Below, one piece after another: positions 13,855 to 26,719 of a stretch of DNA of 64,000 nucleotides (positions are counted from its first letter, which is position 1; the number at the start of each line of letters is the position of its first letter). The position numbers were made by a program, and so were the translations under genes. The stretch comes from Octopus sinensis (Eukaryota): NCBI RefSeq assembly GCF_006345805.1, contig NC_042999.1, forward strand, positions 13,516,001-13,580,000, written 5' to 3'. The notes beneath the pieces were generated by a model that was not told the DNA's origin, ran no database searches, and worked only from the letters and a program-made list of their open reading frames with translations.

Positions 13855-13889
13855 GTTTCCGACGAAGAGCTCCGCTCGAAACGTTAAAC
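13855..13889 (+). ncRNA. Minimal type I hammerhead (U4C) in a PLE-type end (about 13780..13990)
   Basis: GUUU-CCGACGA-A-GAGC ucc GCUC-GAAA-C-GUU|AAAC; palindromic ACGU stem III; AT-rich tail into (TA)n. Confidence 0.65.
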
Positions 13890-14107
13890 CCTCCTTCTTC
13901 CCTTCTTTCCTGAGCGTCCAATAATACTATATTTGTTCCACGTTCTCGTGTTGTTTTTTTTGTGCTTTTTTGTTTGGATTAACTTTATATATATATATGC
14001 ACACACACATACATATATTTGTGTAGGTATATTTTATACATAAAATATATATACACAATATATACACAATATAAATGTATGTATATATTCGTTGTTTTTA
14101 TTTCCAG

Positions 14108-14206
14108 TTAAATCACATCAAATCTCTGATGGAACCTGATAACAAAACTTCAGAAGGTGAAATCAATGCAAACATCGTCTCAAGAAGCAGCAAACATTTT
14201 TCACAG
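14108..14206 (+). CDS. Exon F (99 nt, 0-0) LNHIKSLMEPDNKTSEGEINANIVSRSSKHFSQ
   Basis: gtttttatttccag| and CAG|gtaaca; open in phase 0; absent from the ORF track. Confidence 0.82.
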
Positions 14207-14267
14207 GTAACATGATAATTCCGTTATTCATTTGGTTGTGTTTTTGTTGTCAATTATTAGTGGAATG

Positions 14268-14512
14268 TGGAGGCGCGTGGCTTAGTGGTTAGGGTGTTGA
14301 ACTCATGATCGTAAGGTTGTAGTTTCGATTCCTGGACTGGGCGGTGCGTTTTGTTCTTGAGCCAAACACTTCATTCTCACGTTGCTCCAGTCCACTCAGC
14401 TGGCAAAAATGAGTAACGCTGCTACGGACCGGCGTCCCGACCAGGTGGGGATTTTATACGCCACTGAAACCGGGAAACCGGCCCTTATCAGCTTGGCATG
14501 GCTCCAGAAGGA
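14268..14512 (+). mobile_element. SINE family B (head gaggcgcgtggcttagtggtt; core ttcttgagcaagacacttcatttcacgttgctccag); also about 12793, 23735..24045, 51161..51485 (+), 34600..34838 (-)
   Basis: A/B boxes, shared core, variable tails. Confidence 0.8.
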
Positions 14513-14561
14513 ACATTTATTTATTCATTAGTGGAATATTAACCCATCACCACTGCTAATC

Positions 14562-15153
14562 TCTCTCTCTCTCTATCCGCTCAGTCGAAGTTGACTCTCG
14601 GTCACTCGTTGGATCAGTGTCCTCCAGTCAGTTCTATCCTGGGCCGCTTCTTTCAGATTGGCTATGTCATTCCGGCATCACTCTTGATGGTGTCAAGCCA
14701 GCGGGTTCTTGGTCGGCCTCTTCCTCTCTTGCCACTGACCATTCCGAGCATGATGTCCTTCTCCAGGGATTTTCTCCGCATAATATGACCGAAATATGCC
14801 AATCTATGCTTGGTGATCCTAGCTTCTAGCGACATTTTCGGCCTGATCAGCTTAAGAACTTCTCCATTGGTGAGCCGCGCTGTCCATGGAATCCGCAAAA
14901 GTCTTCTCCAACACCAAAGCTCGAATGCATTAATTCTCTTCTGGTCAGCTTTCTTGAGTGTCCAGGTCTCGCATCCATATGTTGCATTTGGGAAGACAAT
15001 TGCATTCACCAATCTGCATTTGGTAGCGTGTCTGATGTCTCTACTCTTCCAGACCCTGCTCATGCTGACCATTGCCTCTCTGCCTAGTACTATCCGCCGC
15101 CTTATTTCTGGAGTGCAGTCACCATCTCGATTTATCACTACTTCAACAAACAT
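14562..15153 (-). mobile_element. RTE (BovB-like) LINE 3' fragment
   Basis: EIRRRI.LGR.AM..M..VWKS.DI...TK.RLV...VFP..TYGCETWT..KA...RI.AFELWCWRR.LRIPWTAR..N..VL...YFGHIMRR.SLEK.IMLG...GKR.RGRPR.RW; short (GA)n tail. Confidence 0.93.
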
Positions 15154-16756
15154 ATTGATGATTGTATTTCTAATCTACATAATGTAAATTTAGTATGTGA
15201 AATTTAAAGTTTAGTCTATGGCGAGCTGCTACAATCGTTACCACACTGGATAAAAATGCTTACGGCATTTCTTCCGACTTAACATTCTGAGTTCAAATGC
15301 TACCGGGGACCGACTTTGCCTTTCATCCTTTCGGGGTCGATAAAATAAGTGCCAGTGGAACACTTGGGGGTCGATGTAATTGACTCATCCCTCCCGCGAA
15401 ATTACTGGCTTTGTGCCAAAATTTGATACCGGCGTGTTTAATCTATGCAGTATAAATCTCTAGGGAAAAATGAAATGTTATTTTTATTTCTTCTTCTGGT
15501 TAGAAAACTACAAATTCGAGCAGTGCCGTTCTTGAAGTGTACCGCCAGGAGAAGCCCTTGAGCATTTCATCTCCGCCTCCACTTCTCCTATGCAGTAGAC
15601 CCAACAGTACCGCCCCGTAAAAGCGTCTCTCGGGGCACACAGCCCTCCAGCGCCCCCCCCCCCATCTCATCCACTACCTATGCTACTGGTTTCGGGAATT
15701 TTTCTGGCCTCATCAGTGAAATACAATCCTCAATATGTTTGTTGAAGTAGTGATAAATGAATCACTGAGTAGATGCACGATGTTGTACATCAGTTAACAT
15801 ATGGAAACACTATTCTTTAGAATTTAAATAAATCAGAGACGCAATTAAACATAGTGCAATTGCTGTTGGAAGATCGCATCACGTCAAATTAGTGGCAGAC
15901 TAGCTTCTTAGCCAGGTTGTTGTATTTCACTTCACTTATTCGATGAAATGTTTTACTGGTGGTTGTTGTATATGTGTCATATTTTTTTCTTTTTTTTTTC
16001 TCGCCCTTTTCAAGCCTAGCCAGGCTCATGGGCCCGGTTTCCCGGTTTCTGTGGCGTATATGTTTCCCCCAGCTGGACTGGACGCCAGTCCATCGCAGCG
16101 TTACTCAAGAAACAGGAAGAGAGAGTGAGAGAAAGTTGTAGCGAAAGAGTACAACAGGGGTCGCCACCACCCCCTGTCGGAGCCTCGTGGAGCTTTTAGG
16201 TGTTTTCGCTCAATAAACACACACAACGCCCGGTCTGGGAATCAAAACCGCGATCCTCCGACCGCAAGTTCACTGCCCTAACCACTGAGCCATTGCGCCT
16301 CCACATATATGTCATATAGATGTAAATATTTCGCTATTGTCAGCACCACTCGCGCTTCGTTAATGTTTGATATAATTGTGTATCTGAGTATGTTTTGGTG
16401 AAGCTTTTAAACTGCATCTGATTTTGGGGCCCTGGTTCGGGAGTTTCAGGATTTTGAGAAGTGTTGAACTACCTTTTAATTACTACAGTTCCCATGTCTA
16501 CTCTGACCCGGAGTAGCAGAAAATGTCAGGGTCCCAGCTATGTGTTAATTAGTAAAACACGGAACAGAGTCCCGAAGATATAAATAAATATAAATGTAAT
16601 TCTATACAAATGCTAGGCTCGTGGCATTTAAGGACAAAAGGGTGGAACTGACTCTGCCCAAATCATGCTCACTATAACATTTATCGTACAGAGAGCTCAG
16701 CAAACCTAGATTCCAACAACTTCTCACTTTCTTCAGAACACTGTGCAGCCGTTTCT

Positions 16757-17167
16757 TATTTCTTTACTACCCACAAGGGGCTAAACACAGAAGGGACAAA
16801 CAAGGACAGACAAACGGATTAAGTCGACTACATCGACCCCAGTGCGTAACTGGTACTTATTTAATCGACCCCGAAAGGATGAAAGATAAAGTCGACCTCG
16901 GCGGAATTTGAACTCAGAACGTAAAGACAGAAGGAATACCTATTTCTTTACTACCCACAAGGGGCTAAACACAGAGGGAACAAACAAGGACAAACGGATT
17001 AAGACGATTAAATCGACCCAAGTGCGTAACTGGTACTTATTTAATCGACCCCGAAAGGATGAAAAGCAAAGTGGACCTCGGCGGAATTTGAACTCAGAAC
17101 GTAACGGCAGACAAAATACTGCTAAGCATTTCGCCCGGCGTGCTAACCTTTCTGCCAGCTCGCCGTC
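16757..17167 (-). mobile_element. SINE-A dimer
   Basis: Reverse complement of the same units and junction. Confidence 0.88.
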
Positions 17168-17889
17168 TTATCACTGTGCAGCTGTTTCTTGTTGACCTTC
17201 ATTCGTCGAAGTGACGAGAGAGTCCACACACAATACCCGGGTTTTCTTTTAATTCGTGGTACAGGGTTCCACATCTTTCTGTGATTATGGGAAAAATCAA
17301 CAGGAAATTATTTGTTTACATCTTTCTTTGAATTACATACAAGAAGGCAATGAAAATTTCAGCGTTTTGTGAGCATCCAACCACCCACGCAAACAAGATA
17401 TTACTTTAGCACATGTATAACGAGAAGACTAAAGGATAAATGGTTTCTTTGTTTCTAGTGCATAGGTGATGCAGCCGAAAGCTTCTGATGAACAAACCGA
17501 TTACTATGATTAGAAGAGTCCATTAGCAGTAACAACTATACACATTCATAGCTACTACACAACGAAGTATTATCGTTTCGTGAAATTATTCTTTAGAGAT
17601 TTTCAAAGAAAAGTACAAAATATTTCGTTTCGTTTTCCTAAGTTCAAAACTGATTTCAAATTCTATCGGAATGAATTTTGTCTTCTTTTCTCCGCTTAAT
17701 TTCGATATATCCGGCACCAGACGTCTACATTATTGGAGTCTATGCAATTGGTTTTTATTCTTCTGCAAAGTCTAGCTTTGTGTGAATGTTGAAATTCAAT
17801 ATCTTCCAAATTTTTGCATTTAAATTAATGATATGTCGTATTTAATGACTTAAAAGACTCACAGGTATATCAGATGCACCCGAATAAGG

Positions 17890-18240
17890 GAGGTGAGCTG
17901 GCAGAAACGTTAGAACGCCAGGTTAAACGCCTAGCAGTATTTCGTCTACCGCTACGTTCTGAGTTCAAATTCCGCCGAGGTCGACTTTGCCTTTCACCCT
18001 TTCGGGGTCGATAAATTAAGTACCAGTTACGCACTGAGGTCGATATAATCGACTTAATCCGTTTGTCAGTCCTTGTTTGTCCCCTCTGTGTTTAGCCCCT
18101 TGTGTGTAGTAAAGAAATAGGTATTTCGTCTGTCTTTACGTTCTGAGTTCAAATTCCGCGGAGGTCGACTTTGCCTTTCATCCTTTCGGGATCGATTAAA
18201 TAAGTACTAGTTACGCACTGGGGTCGATGTAATCGACTTG
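17890..18240 (+). mobile_element. SINE-A dimer
   Basis: Junction gaaatag|gtatttc at 18120/18121. Confidence 0.88.
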
Positions 18241-18369
18241 ATCACTTTGTCTGGGATTCGAACTCATGATCAGACTATCGTGATCCGAATGTCCTTACTA
18301 CTAAGCCACGCGCCTTCGCTGTGTGTCTTAAATAGCATCAATACGGTAATTTACAGAACTTTACATATA

Positions 18370-18574
18370 CAGTTCTGTCATATCGCGGTTCACCTATCGC
18401 GGTTTATTATTTAAGCTTCCGTCGATTCATCTGAGGTGTTGTTTTGCATTTATAATAAAATAAATATATACAAGTTATAAAAATATTTTTTTTAAATATA
18501 CAGTGCTTCGCGAATTTTTACCTAACGCGGAGTGTTTTGGAGCAACAACACCCGCGATAATCGAGGGATTACTG
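18370..18574. mobile_element. Tigger/pogo-like MITE
   Basis: TA-CAGT...ACTG-TA; right TIR reads CAGTAATCCCTCGATTATCGCGG on minus; left TIR degenerate. Confidence 0.65.
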
Positions 18575-18883
18575 TACACATTTTTATTTTGACTTTTATA
18601 TATTTAGTAGGTCTTTCTTTATCGTACGATTATTGGTTTAAATACTCAAAATATAATAAATTCATTTACTTCCTTAGATTCTTTAATTAAATCCTAATAT
18701 TTTTCATGGTCGGGTAGGGAGGTCAGTAAGTAGACAATAAAATTTGCCGAGAGCAAGAGAGAGATACAGAGAAATACAGGCATATCAAATACCATACAAC
18801 ATAAATTTTCTATCTCTATTGTAAAAAGAAAATATTCTAATTGATGATAATGAGTTTATAAATTTTTTTTTTTTATTTTGCAG

Positions 18884-18907
18884 ACTATTCCAGCTAACAT
18901 GCCAGAG
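18884..18907 (+). CDS. Exon G, 24-nt microexon (0-0) TIPANMPE
   Basis: long T tract ...ttttattttgcag| and GAG|gtaaga; frame-preserving. Confidence 0.7.
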
Positions 18908-19009
18908 GTAAGACCTTTCTTATATATTACACAACATTAATTGTTTTAGCCCTGAAAAAATTTGCATATGTAGGTGTGTGTGTGTGGTGATTATACGAAT
19001 GTATATATA

Positions 19010-19052
<43 letters not shown>

Positions 19053-19053
<1 letters not shown>

Positions 19054-19218
19054 TGTTGTGTCTGGGGAGAGTTCTCTTTTAGTGCCTTGTAATTTAACAC
19101 ACTCACCGGTAAAATTTCCACTTATTTCTTTTTTATTCTTCTAAAATTTTCGTTACATCTTGGATCCTTTTCAATAGTTGAGGTACTAAAAGAGAATGAC
19201 TCTCCCTAGACTCAACAG
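19053..19218. mobile_element. MITE-like fold-back with about 35-bp imperfect terminal inverted repeats, next to (TA)n
   Basis: ctgttgtgtctggggagagttctcttttagtgcct vs aggtactaaaagagaatgactctccctagactcaacag. Confidence 0.7.
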
Positions 19219-20106
19219 AATATGCTTCAACACATGAACACACATAAAGAATCTTGCATAAAGAAACGAAATATATATATATATACATATACATATATAC
19301 ATACACACATACACACACAGATACATATAAGCATCAACAGTGAATGTTATCAAAAACAAAGCCTGATGTATTTTCTATTACATCCTCAGAGATTATCGTA
19401 AGATGGGCTTCATGTACACTTGGGTATATGAATAAGATATGTGAAATCTAATGCCTACCGGATGATTTGAACAGCAATTCTTCAACGATCCTAGAAACAT
19501 CTAGATGCGCTGGAGATGTTTAAATAAACACTTGAACTCTTTAGATCATCCATATTAATATTTGAATGTCTTGAAAAATTGTTATTCAAAATTCTATTTA
19601 AAACAATTTAGGCAACAATTCTCCGTATTTTTCTATTTTTTTTCTTACTTTAACACTATTTCTTTAAACTTTCTGTGATGTAGGCGCAGAGGTGGTTGTG
19701 TGATAAAAAGCTTGCCTCCCAAGCACATAGAACCAGGTTCAGTCCCACTGCGTGGCACCTTGGGCAAGTGTTTTCTACCATAGCCTCAGGTCGATCAAAG
19801 CCTTCTGTGTGGATTTAGTAAAAGGAAACTGAAAGAAGCCCGACATGTTTGTGTGTGTGTGTGTGTGTGTCCATGTGTCCACCGCAATAGAGACTAATAA
19901 AATAATCACAAGGCTTTAAAATTTAAGGACTGTGGTACATTCATTGGACTAAAAATTCTTCTGGGCGTTGTCCCCCAATGGCCACGGTCTAATGACTGAA
20001 ACAAGTAAAGGACAAAAGATCTATTTGATGCCCATTGTGAAACGAAGTCCGAAATATTCACATCGATAATTTAAAACCAATACAAACCCGTCTTTTCTGA
20101 TTGCAG

Positions 20107-20192
20107 GTTTCAATTGTATTAAATACAATGACAGATGATCTCATTCGATATATCGACACCAAAGATCGGGAGGTTCAGTCTCAAGTAAGAAG
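20107..20192 (+). CDS. Exon H (86 nt, 0-2) VSIVLNTMTDDLIRYIDTKDREVQSQVR
   Basis: tcttttctgattgcag| and AAG|gtaagt; phase 2 matches next acceptor; second donor CAA|gtaaga at 20185. Confidence 0.8.
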
Positions 20193-20223
20193 GTAAGTCT
20201 CTCAATATTAAATGATTTAAATA

Positions 20224-20652
20224 AGGCGTAGGAGTGGCTGTGTGGTAAGTAGCTTGCTTACCAACCACATGGTTCCGGGTTCAGTCCCACTGCATGGCAC
20301 CTTGGACAAGTGTTTTCTACTATAGCCTCGGGCCGACCAAAGCCTTGTGAGTGGATTTGGTAGACGGAAACTGAAAGAAGCCCGTCGTATATATGTATAT
20401 ATATATATATATTTGTGTGTGTGTGTGTGTGTGTGTATACGTTTGTGTGTCTGTATTAGTCCCCCAACATCGCTTGACAACCGATGCTGGTGTTTTTATG
20501 CCCCCCGTAACGTAGTGGTTTGGCAAAAGAAACCGATAGAATAAGTACTAGGCTTACAAAGAATAAGTCCTGGGGTCGATTTGCTCGACTAAAGACGGTG
20601 CTCCAGCATGGCCACAGTCAAATGACTGAAATAAGTAAAAGAATAAAAGAGT
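20224..20652 (+). mobile_element. SINE family C; also about 19682, 35400 (3' half), 49612..50065 (+)
   Basis: Roughly 90% identical by eye to 9756..10172. Confidence 0.85.
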
Positions 20653-21864
20653 AAGGCTTAAATTCCATTGTTCTGCCTTTTTGAATTATGTTCTATTGAT
20701 TTCTAGAGTCTGTTGTAATACTTAGATGGACATAACTAATTCGAATTTTTACCAAACAGCAGCCAAGGCCTCCACAGCCTTGCAATGACTACTTGGTGCC
20801 TAAGGTTAAGAAATATCACTAGAAATAGCTCGAATCAGTTCAACTTCCCATAAATAATATAAATTTCAAATTTTGGCATAAGGCCAGCAATTTTAGGGTA
20901 AGGTGTTAAGTCTATGATATCGTTCCCTATACCTATACTTAACTGGTACTTATTTTATCGACCCTGAAAGTACGAAAAGCAAAGTCGATCTCGACGTAAC
21001 TTGAACTCAGAACGTAACTGTATCAAATTGTTGGTACAAGGCCAGCAATTTGGGGGGAGTGGGTAAGTTGATTACATAGATTCCAATGCTCAGCTAGTAC
21101 TTATTTATCGGTTCCAAATGTTTGAATGACGAAGTCAACCTCGGCAGGATTTGAACTCGGCTCATAAATATAATACGGTTCACTGATGTAGGTAACGTCG
21201 ATACTTCAAAACGAGCATTCTATTTGTGATGTGTGCTGCGTTCAATTCCCTCACTAAACCAGAAGACTAATGGAAATCACTCCAGTATATCCGACTATTT
21301 TAAAAAATATGTATGAACTTCCTTTAATTATATTGAGCGAGCAGAAGGCGGCGAGCTGGCAGAAATGCGTAGCCGTATTTCGTCTGTCGTTACGTACTGA
21401 GTTCAAATTCCGCCGAGGTCGACATTGCCTTTTATCCTTTCGGGGTCGATAAATAAAGTACCAGTTTCACACTGGCGTCGATGTAATCGACTTAATCTCT
21501 GTCTGTCCTTGTTTGTCCCTTCTATGTTTAGCCCCTTGTAGGCAGTAAAGAAATATATATTGAGCGAGCAGAATCGTTGATGCACCGAATAAAATTTCTT
21601 CATCTCTGTACATTCTGCCGAGGACAACTTTACCTTTCGTCCTTTAAGGGTTACTCTTTTACTTGTTTCAGCCATTTGACTGCGGCCATGCTGGAGCACC
21701 GCCTTTAGTCGAGCAAATCGACCCTATTCTTTGTAAGCCTAGTACTTATTCTACCGGTCACTTTTGCCGAACCGCTAAGTTACGGGGACGTAAACACACC
21801 AGCATCAGTTGTCAAGCAATGTTGGTGGGGACAAACACAGATACAGAAACATATACACACACAC

Positions 21865-21910
<46 letters not shown>

Positions 21911-21918
21911 TATATATA

Positions 21919-22001
<83 letters not shown>

Positions 22002-22769
22002 CGACAGGCTTCTTTCAGTTTCCGTCTACCAAATCCACTCACAAGGCTTTGGTCGGCCCGAGGCTATAGCAGAAGACACTTGCCCAAGGTGCCATGCAGT
22101 GAGACTGTACCGGGTACCATGTGGTTGGTAAGCAAGCTACGTTTGTTCCCCTCTCGCCATTTGGCAAGCAGTGTTGATCTGTTTAAGTTTCCGTAACTTT
22201 GCGAGACAGTAAAAGTGACTAATAGAATAAATGCCAGGCTCAAAAAATATGTACTGGGGTCGATTTATTCGACCAAACCCTTCTAGGTGGTGCTACAGCA
22301 TGGCTGCAGTCCAATAACTGAAACAACTAAAAAGTAAAGATATCTTATGGTGGCATAAGGCGGCGATCTGGCAGAACCGTTAGCACGCCGGGCGAAACGC
22401 GTAGCCGTATTTCGTCTGCCGTTACGTTCTGGGTTCAAATTCCGCCGAGGTCGACTTTGCCTTTCATCCTTTCGGGGTCGATAAATTAAGTACCAGTTAC
22501 GTACTGGTGTCAATGTAATCGACTTAATCCGTTTGTCTCTCCTTGTTCGTCCCCTCTGTGTTTAGCCCCTTGTGAGTAGTAAAGTAAATATATCTATGGT
22601 GGCATATTTTAAATCCAAATGTTAATTTTGTTCAAACTTTTATCCTCTTCATATCACATTTTGCGAGTAACTATTTTGTTTGTAATTATGAAATGCTCGT
22701 ACGTTTTTGGTCGAAGGTTTTCGGTCGTTATTAAGTGACGTTTTTGGTTTTTGTTTCTTTCATAATTAG

Positions 22770-23469
22770 AAGTCTTTCCAGTACCCAATTAGAACTGCAC
22801 AAAGAGCTTGAAAATGTTCTCGGTACGGATACATCATCAGGTTTGTTATCACCAGTGTCAGCAGGCAACGGTATCACCCGAAGCCACACTAGTGATGCTC
22901 TTCAGAAGATGACCGTGACGACTTCTTCAACAGATTTGCTATCTCCACAACTGACCATGAGTTACAACACAAGCCATACCAAATCTCGCTCACCATCTCC
23001 CTCACGAATTTCCAAACAAAAACCTCACTCAGTTTCCGTAAGCGGTTCGCAAGCAGCCTCCTCTCTTTCAGGGGAATTACCTAAAAACAAAACGTTAATC
23101 AAAAGCATATCGATGGACAACCAAGAAGTCATTTTCTCTGTCTCGAGCACCAAAACTGAACAGAAGCCAGCAAAAACAGAACCTTTAGCAACCACGACAT
23201 CAGCAACTTCTCTTAATCTGTCCACGTCATCAACGCTGCCACGTATGTCTACTTCAACGACGACTATGTCATCGTCCTCGTCGTTTCAGCTAGTGTCACC
23301 AAATCTTTCTGTACCAACAAGAAGTGTCAGCACTGATAATGTATCTCCAATGACAGCGCGAAAGCAGTTCTTTGCTCAACAAAGTGCTTCCGACTACGGT
23401 ATGTCGTGGCCCAGACGTGGAGCAGGTTTTGGTCACAGCAGACAGATGAGTATGCCTGATGCAGGCGAG
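22770..23469 (+). CDS. Exon I (700 nt, 2-0) Ser/Thr-rich low-complexity region SLSSTQLELH...MSMPDAGE
   Basis: tttgtttctttcataattag| (an in-phase alternative AG lies at 22780-81) and GAG|gtaagt; within ORF 22735..23538. Confidence 0.85.
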
Positions 23470-24106
23470 GTAAGTAAACCACTTTGTAAAAATTGTGTGG
23501 ATTTATTTTTAACAAAAATTGTAACATATTTATTTTAATTTAATTTAATTTAATTTTTATTGGCTCAAAAAACAAAAGCAAAGCCATGTAGGGGGACAGG
23601 GAGTTATATACAGGGAGGGTGGTCATACAAAGAGTTCAGGCCATTTCTGGTCAAGAGAGACTTTGAACCGAGCGGTCGTTTGCATCTTCACTATCTCGTC
23701 CGGCAGCTTATTCCACGGATCCGCAACCCGGACAAGGCGCGTGGCTTAGTGGTTAAGGTGTTGCACTCGTGATCGCTAGATCATGGGGTTGATTTCTCGA
23801 CCGAGCAGCTCATTGCGTTCTTGAGCAAAACGCTTAATTTCACGTTGCTCCAGTCCACTCAAATGTAAACGGGTAACCCTGGGTCAGATTGGCATTGTAT
23901 TCGTGGGTGGGGGAATATTAGCTTGCTTGCCTAGCCAGCAATGGGGGTAGTATAATCCCGAAAGCTAAAACGATACAAAGCGCATTGGGGCCAGCGATGT
24001 ATAACAACATCTGATAGTCTGGTCAATCACTTGATCACATGATAAAAATATGTAAAATAATTAAATACTTCAAATATAAAAGTTTATTATTATGGTAAAA
24101 GAGAGT

Positions 24107-24500
24107 GGCAAGCTGGCAGAACTGTTAGCACACCGGGCGAAATGCTTAGCAGTATTTCGTCTGCCGCTACGTTTTGAGTTCAAATTCCGCCGAGGTCGAC
24201 TTTGCTTTTCATCCTTTCAGGGTCGATTAAATAAGTACCAGTTATGCACTGGAGTCGATGTAATCGGCTAGCCCTTTGCCCCCAAAATTTTCAAGTCCTT
24301 CTGCCTAGAGTAGAATAGCCGAGCGAAATGCTTAGCGGTATTTCGTCTGTCTTCACGTTCTGAGTTCAAATTCCGCCGAGGTCGACTTCGCCTTTCATCC
24401 TTATGGGGTCAATAAATTAAGTACCAGTTGCGTACTGGAGTTGATCTAATCGACTGGCCCATTTCCCAAAAATTTCGGGCCTTATGCCTAGAGTAGAAAA
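24107..24500 (+). mobile_element. SINE-A variant dimer with alternative short tail
   Basis: Same head and core; tail cccaaaatttcgggccttatgcctagagtagaa. Confidence 0.75.
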
Positions 24501-25258
24501 GAAAAGGATATCTAAAAAATGGAAGGCAAAGTTGAATTTTGCGAGATTTGAACTCACCAGGATGTAAAAAAAAAGTCGTAACTGCAAATGAGTGTGTAAT
24601 GAATCTTTTAATTTGTGTTCGCCCTCACCTTCTTCCCGTCGATTTAACAACCGGTGAAGGTTTCTTTACGTTCCAAATAATCTGGTAGCTCGACAAAAGA
24701 CAAATGAAGTAGCCTTCAAGGCAAGTGCTCCAGTACGGCCGCAGTCCAGTGACTGAAATAAGCTAATGAAAAAGGACTAAAAGAATGTGTGTGTGTGTGT
24801 GTGTGTGTGCGTGTGTGCGTGTGTGTGTGTGTGTGTGCGTGTGTTTCGGGTGAGAAGAGACACATACCAAAATGAATAATAATTATATCATCATCAAGGG
24901 GAAATTATAAAAACAATTCAGAAATTGATGTCGCTAAAGTATTTACTTGCAGTACTTTGCTCACAACAGTCCTGACAATTAACGCTGGGAAATGGTGCTA
25001 AAGTTTATAGTGCCTAATTACCTGACTACCAATACAGCGTGAGTCATGAATAAAATGTATGCGTAGAGTAATACACAAACTATCTAGTGTGTTAAACTCC
25101 GGGTAATGAGGAACATAGTAGGTTATGGAATTGAAATTGGGTCACCTGGTTCTGCAGTTTGATGTCTTTTATAGCTTATCCTGTCGTTGCGAAATTGGGG
25201 GAACCTTATAATAGATTCTACATTCAAAGAGGTTTCCAGCCTCAGACAACAAGTATTT

Positions 25259-25300
<42 letters not shown>

Positions 25301-25397
25301 CGGGAAGCTTTATGAAAATAGACAAAAGACGAAGGCAGGTGGGAAACAAACAAACAATTGTATTAGTATGGCGCTCAGGAAATATAAATAAAACAAG

Positions 25398-25435
25398 TCT
25401 TTAACGTTTCGAGCCTACGCTCTTCAACAGAAAGA
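25398..25435 (-). ncRNA. Minimal type I hammerhead (A6U) in a PLE-type end (about 25280..25640)
   Basis: UCUUU-CUGUUGA-A-GAGC guag GCUC-GAAA-C-GUU|AAAGA; tail shares ttcctgagcg..taatac with the 13855 element. Confidence 0.65.
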
Positions 25436-26224
25436 TACACAGAGAGAAAAAAAACACAGAAAGAAGGAGAGAAAAAAAATGCGTGCAGTAACTAACGAAT
25501 CAACATGGCGATCTGATTTCGGCCAGAGATAAGCATGAAATGAATGTATAAAAGTGGTAATATATGAGAAAATAAAAATACAACAAACGGGACAGTTTAT
25601 GCGAACAAGTTCAAGGTTGAAAGTTCAGAATTAGCGGAATCATTATTAAGCAGGCCGGGCAAAATGCTTAACATCATTTTGTCCCGTCTACATACTCTGA
25701 GCTCAAATTCCACCGATGTCAACTTTGCCTTTGAATACTGGGGTCGATGTAATCGACTAGCCCTCCCCCGAAATGCTGGTCTTTATACAAAATTTGAAAT
25801 ATATATGTATATATTTCATCATCATCCGAGCACAACGACCTCGAACCCACAAGAGTAAACAAGAGAGACAGGAAAATGCCCCTTGTATTTGAATACTATG
25901 CAAATATTCTTTTAAAAAAACTTTTCTTTTAATTTTTCCAAAATTTCATTGTTTTCCATACTTACAGTTGAAAAAGTCTCAATGACTGAAACCGGTACTG
26001 AAATGCTTTACCTAAAATTATTTTAGCATTTTCTATCTTGACATTTTTTCCATATATATATATAGGGATTCATACTACATACAATACAATTGTTCTCCGT
26101 ACATGGGCACCTATCGAAGGGATAACTGGACCTACAGATCAGGGATTAAAGTAGTAGAAACCCCTATATATATATTGCGCCTCCACTCACCTCTAAGTAC
26201 ATACAGAGAAAGAGAGATTGTTTG

Positions 26225-26246
26225 TTTAGAAGGGTTGGATATAAGC

Positions 26247-26334
<88 letters not shown>

Positions 26335-26410
26335 GATATATATTATATATATATATATACATATATATATATAGATATATACATATATATATATATATAT
26401 ACATATATAT

Positions 26411-26491
<81 letters not shown>

Positions 26492-26538
26492 TATATATAT
26501 ATAATATATACATATATATATATATAGATATATATATA

Positions 26539-26573
<35 letters not shown>

Positions 26574-26578
26574 TATAT

Positions 26579-26620
<42 letters not shown>
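26225..26620. repeat. (TA)n microsatellite; others at 2400-2650, 11510-11620, 21860-22000, 32000-32100, 36870-37140, 49510-49600
   Basis: Direct. Confidence 0.98.
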
Positions 26621-26622
26621 AA

Positions 26623-26719
26623 ATGAATTAGAGATAAAACCACTATGATGCAACATTTATGTAGGTTTTTTGTCTATCACTGTTTGAGTTGCATCATAGT
26701 GGTTTTATCTCTAATTCAT
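26623..26719. repeat. Perfect 32-bp inverted repeat with 33-nt spacer after (TA)n
   Basis: atgaattagagataaaaccactatgatgcaac / gttgcatcatagtggttttatctctaattcat. Confidence 0.9.

Noticed and set aside
15521-15688. CAGT...ACTG GC-rich MITE
   Set aside because: Only 4-5 bp terminal match and no TSD identified
17459-17513. Alternative terminal exon (VMQPKASDEQTDYYD* or CIGDAAESF*)
   Set aside because: Plausible AGs but no independent support; short ORFs expected by chance
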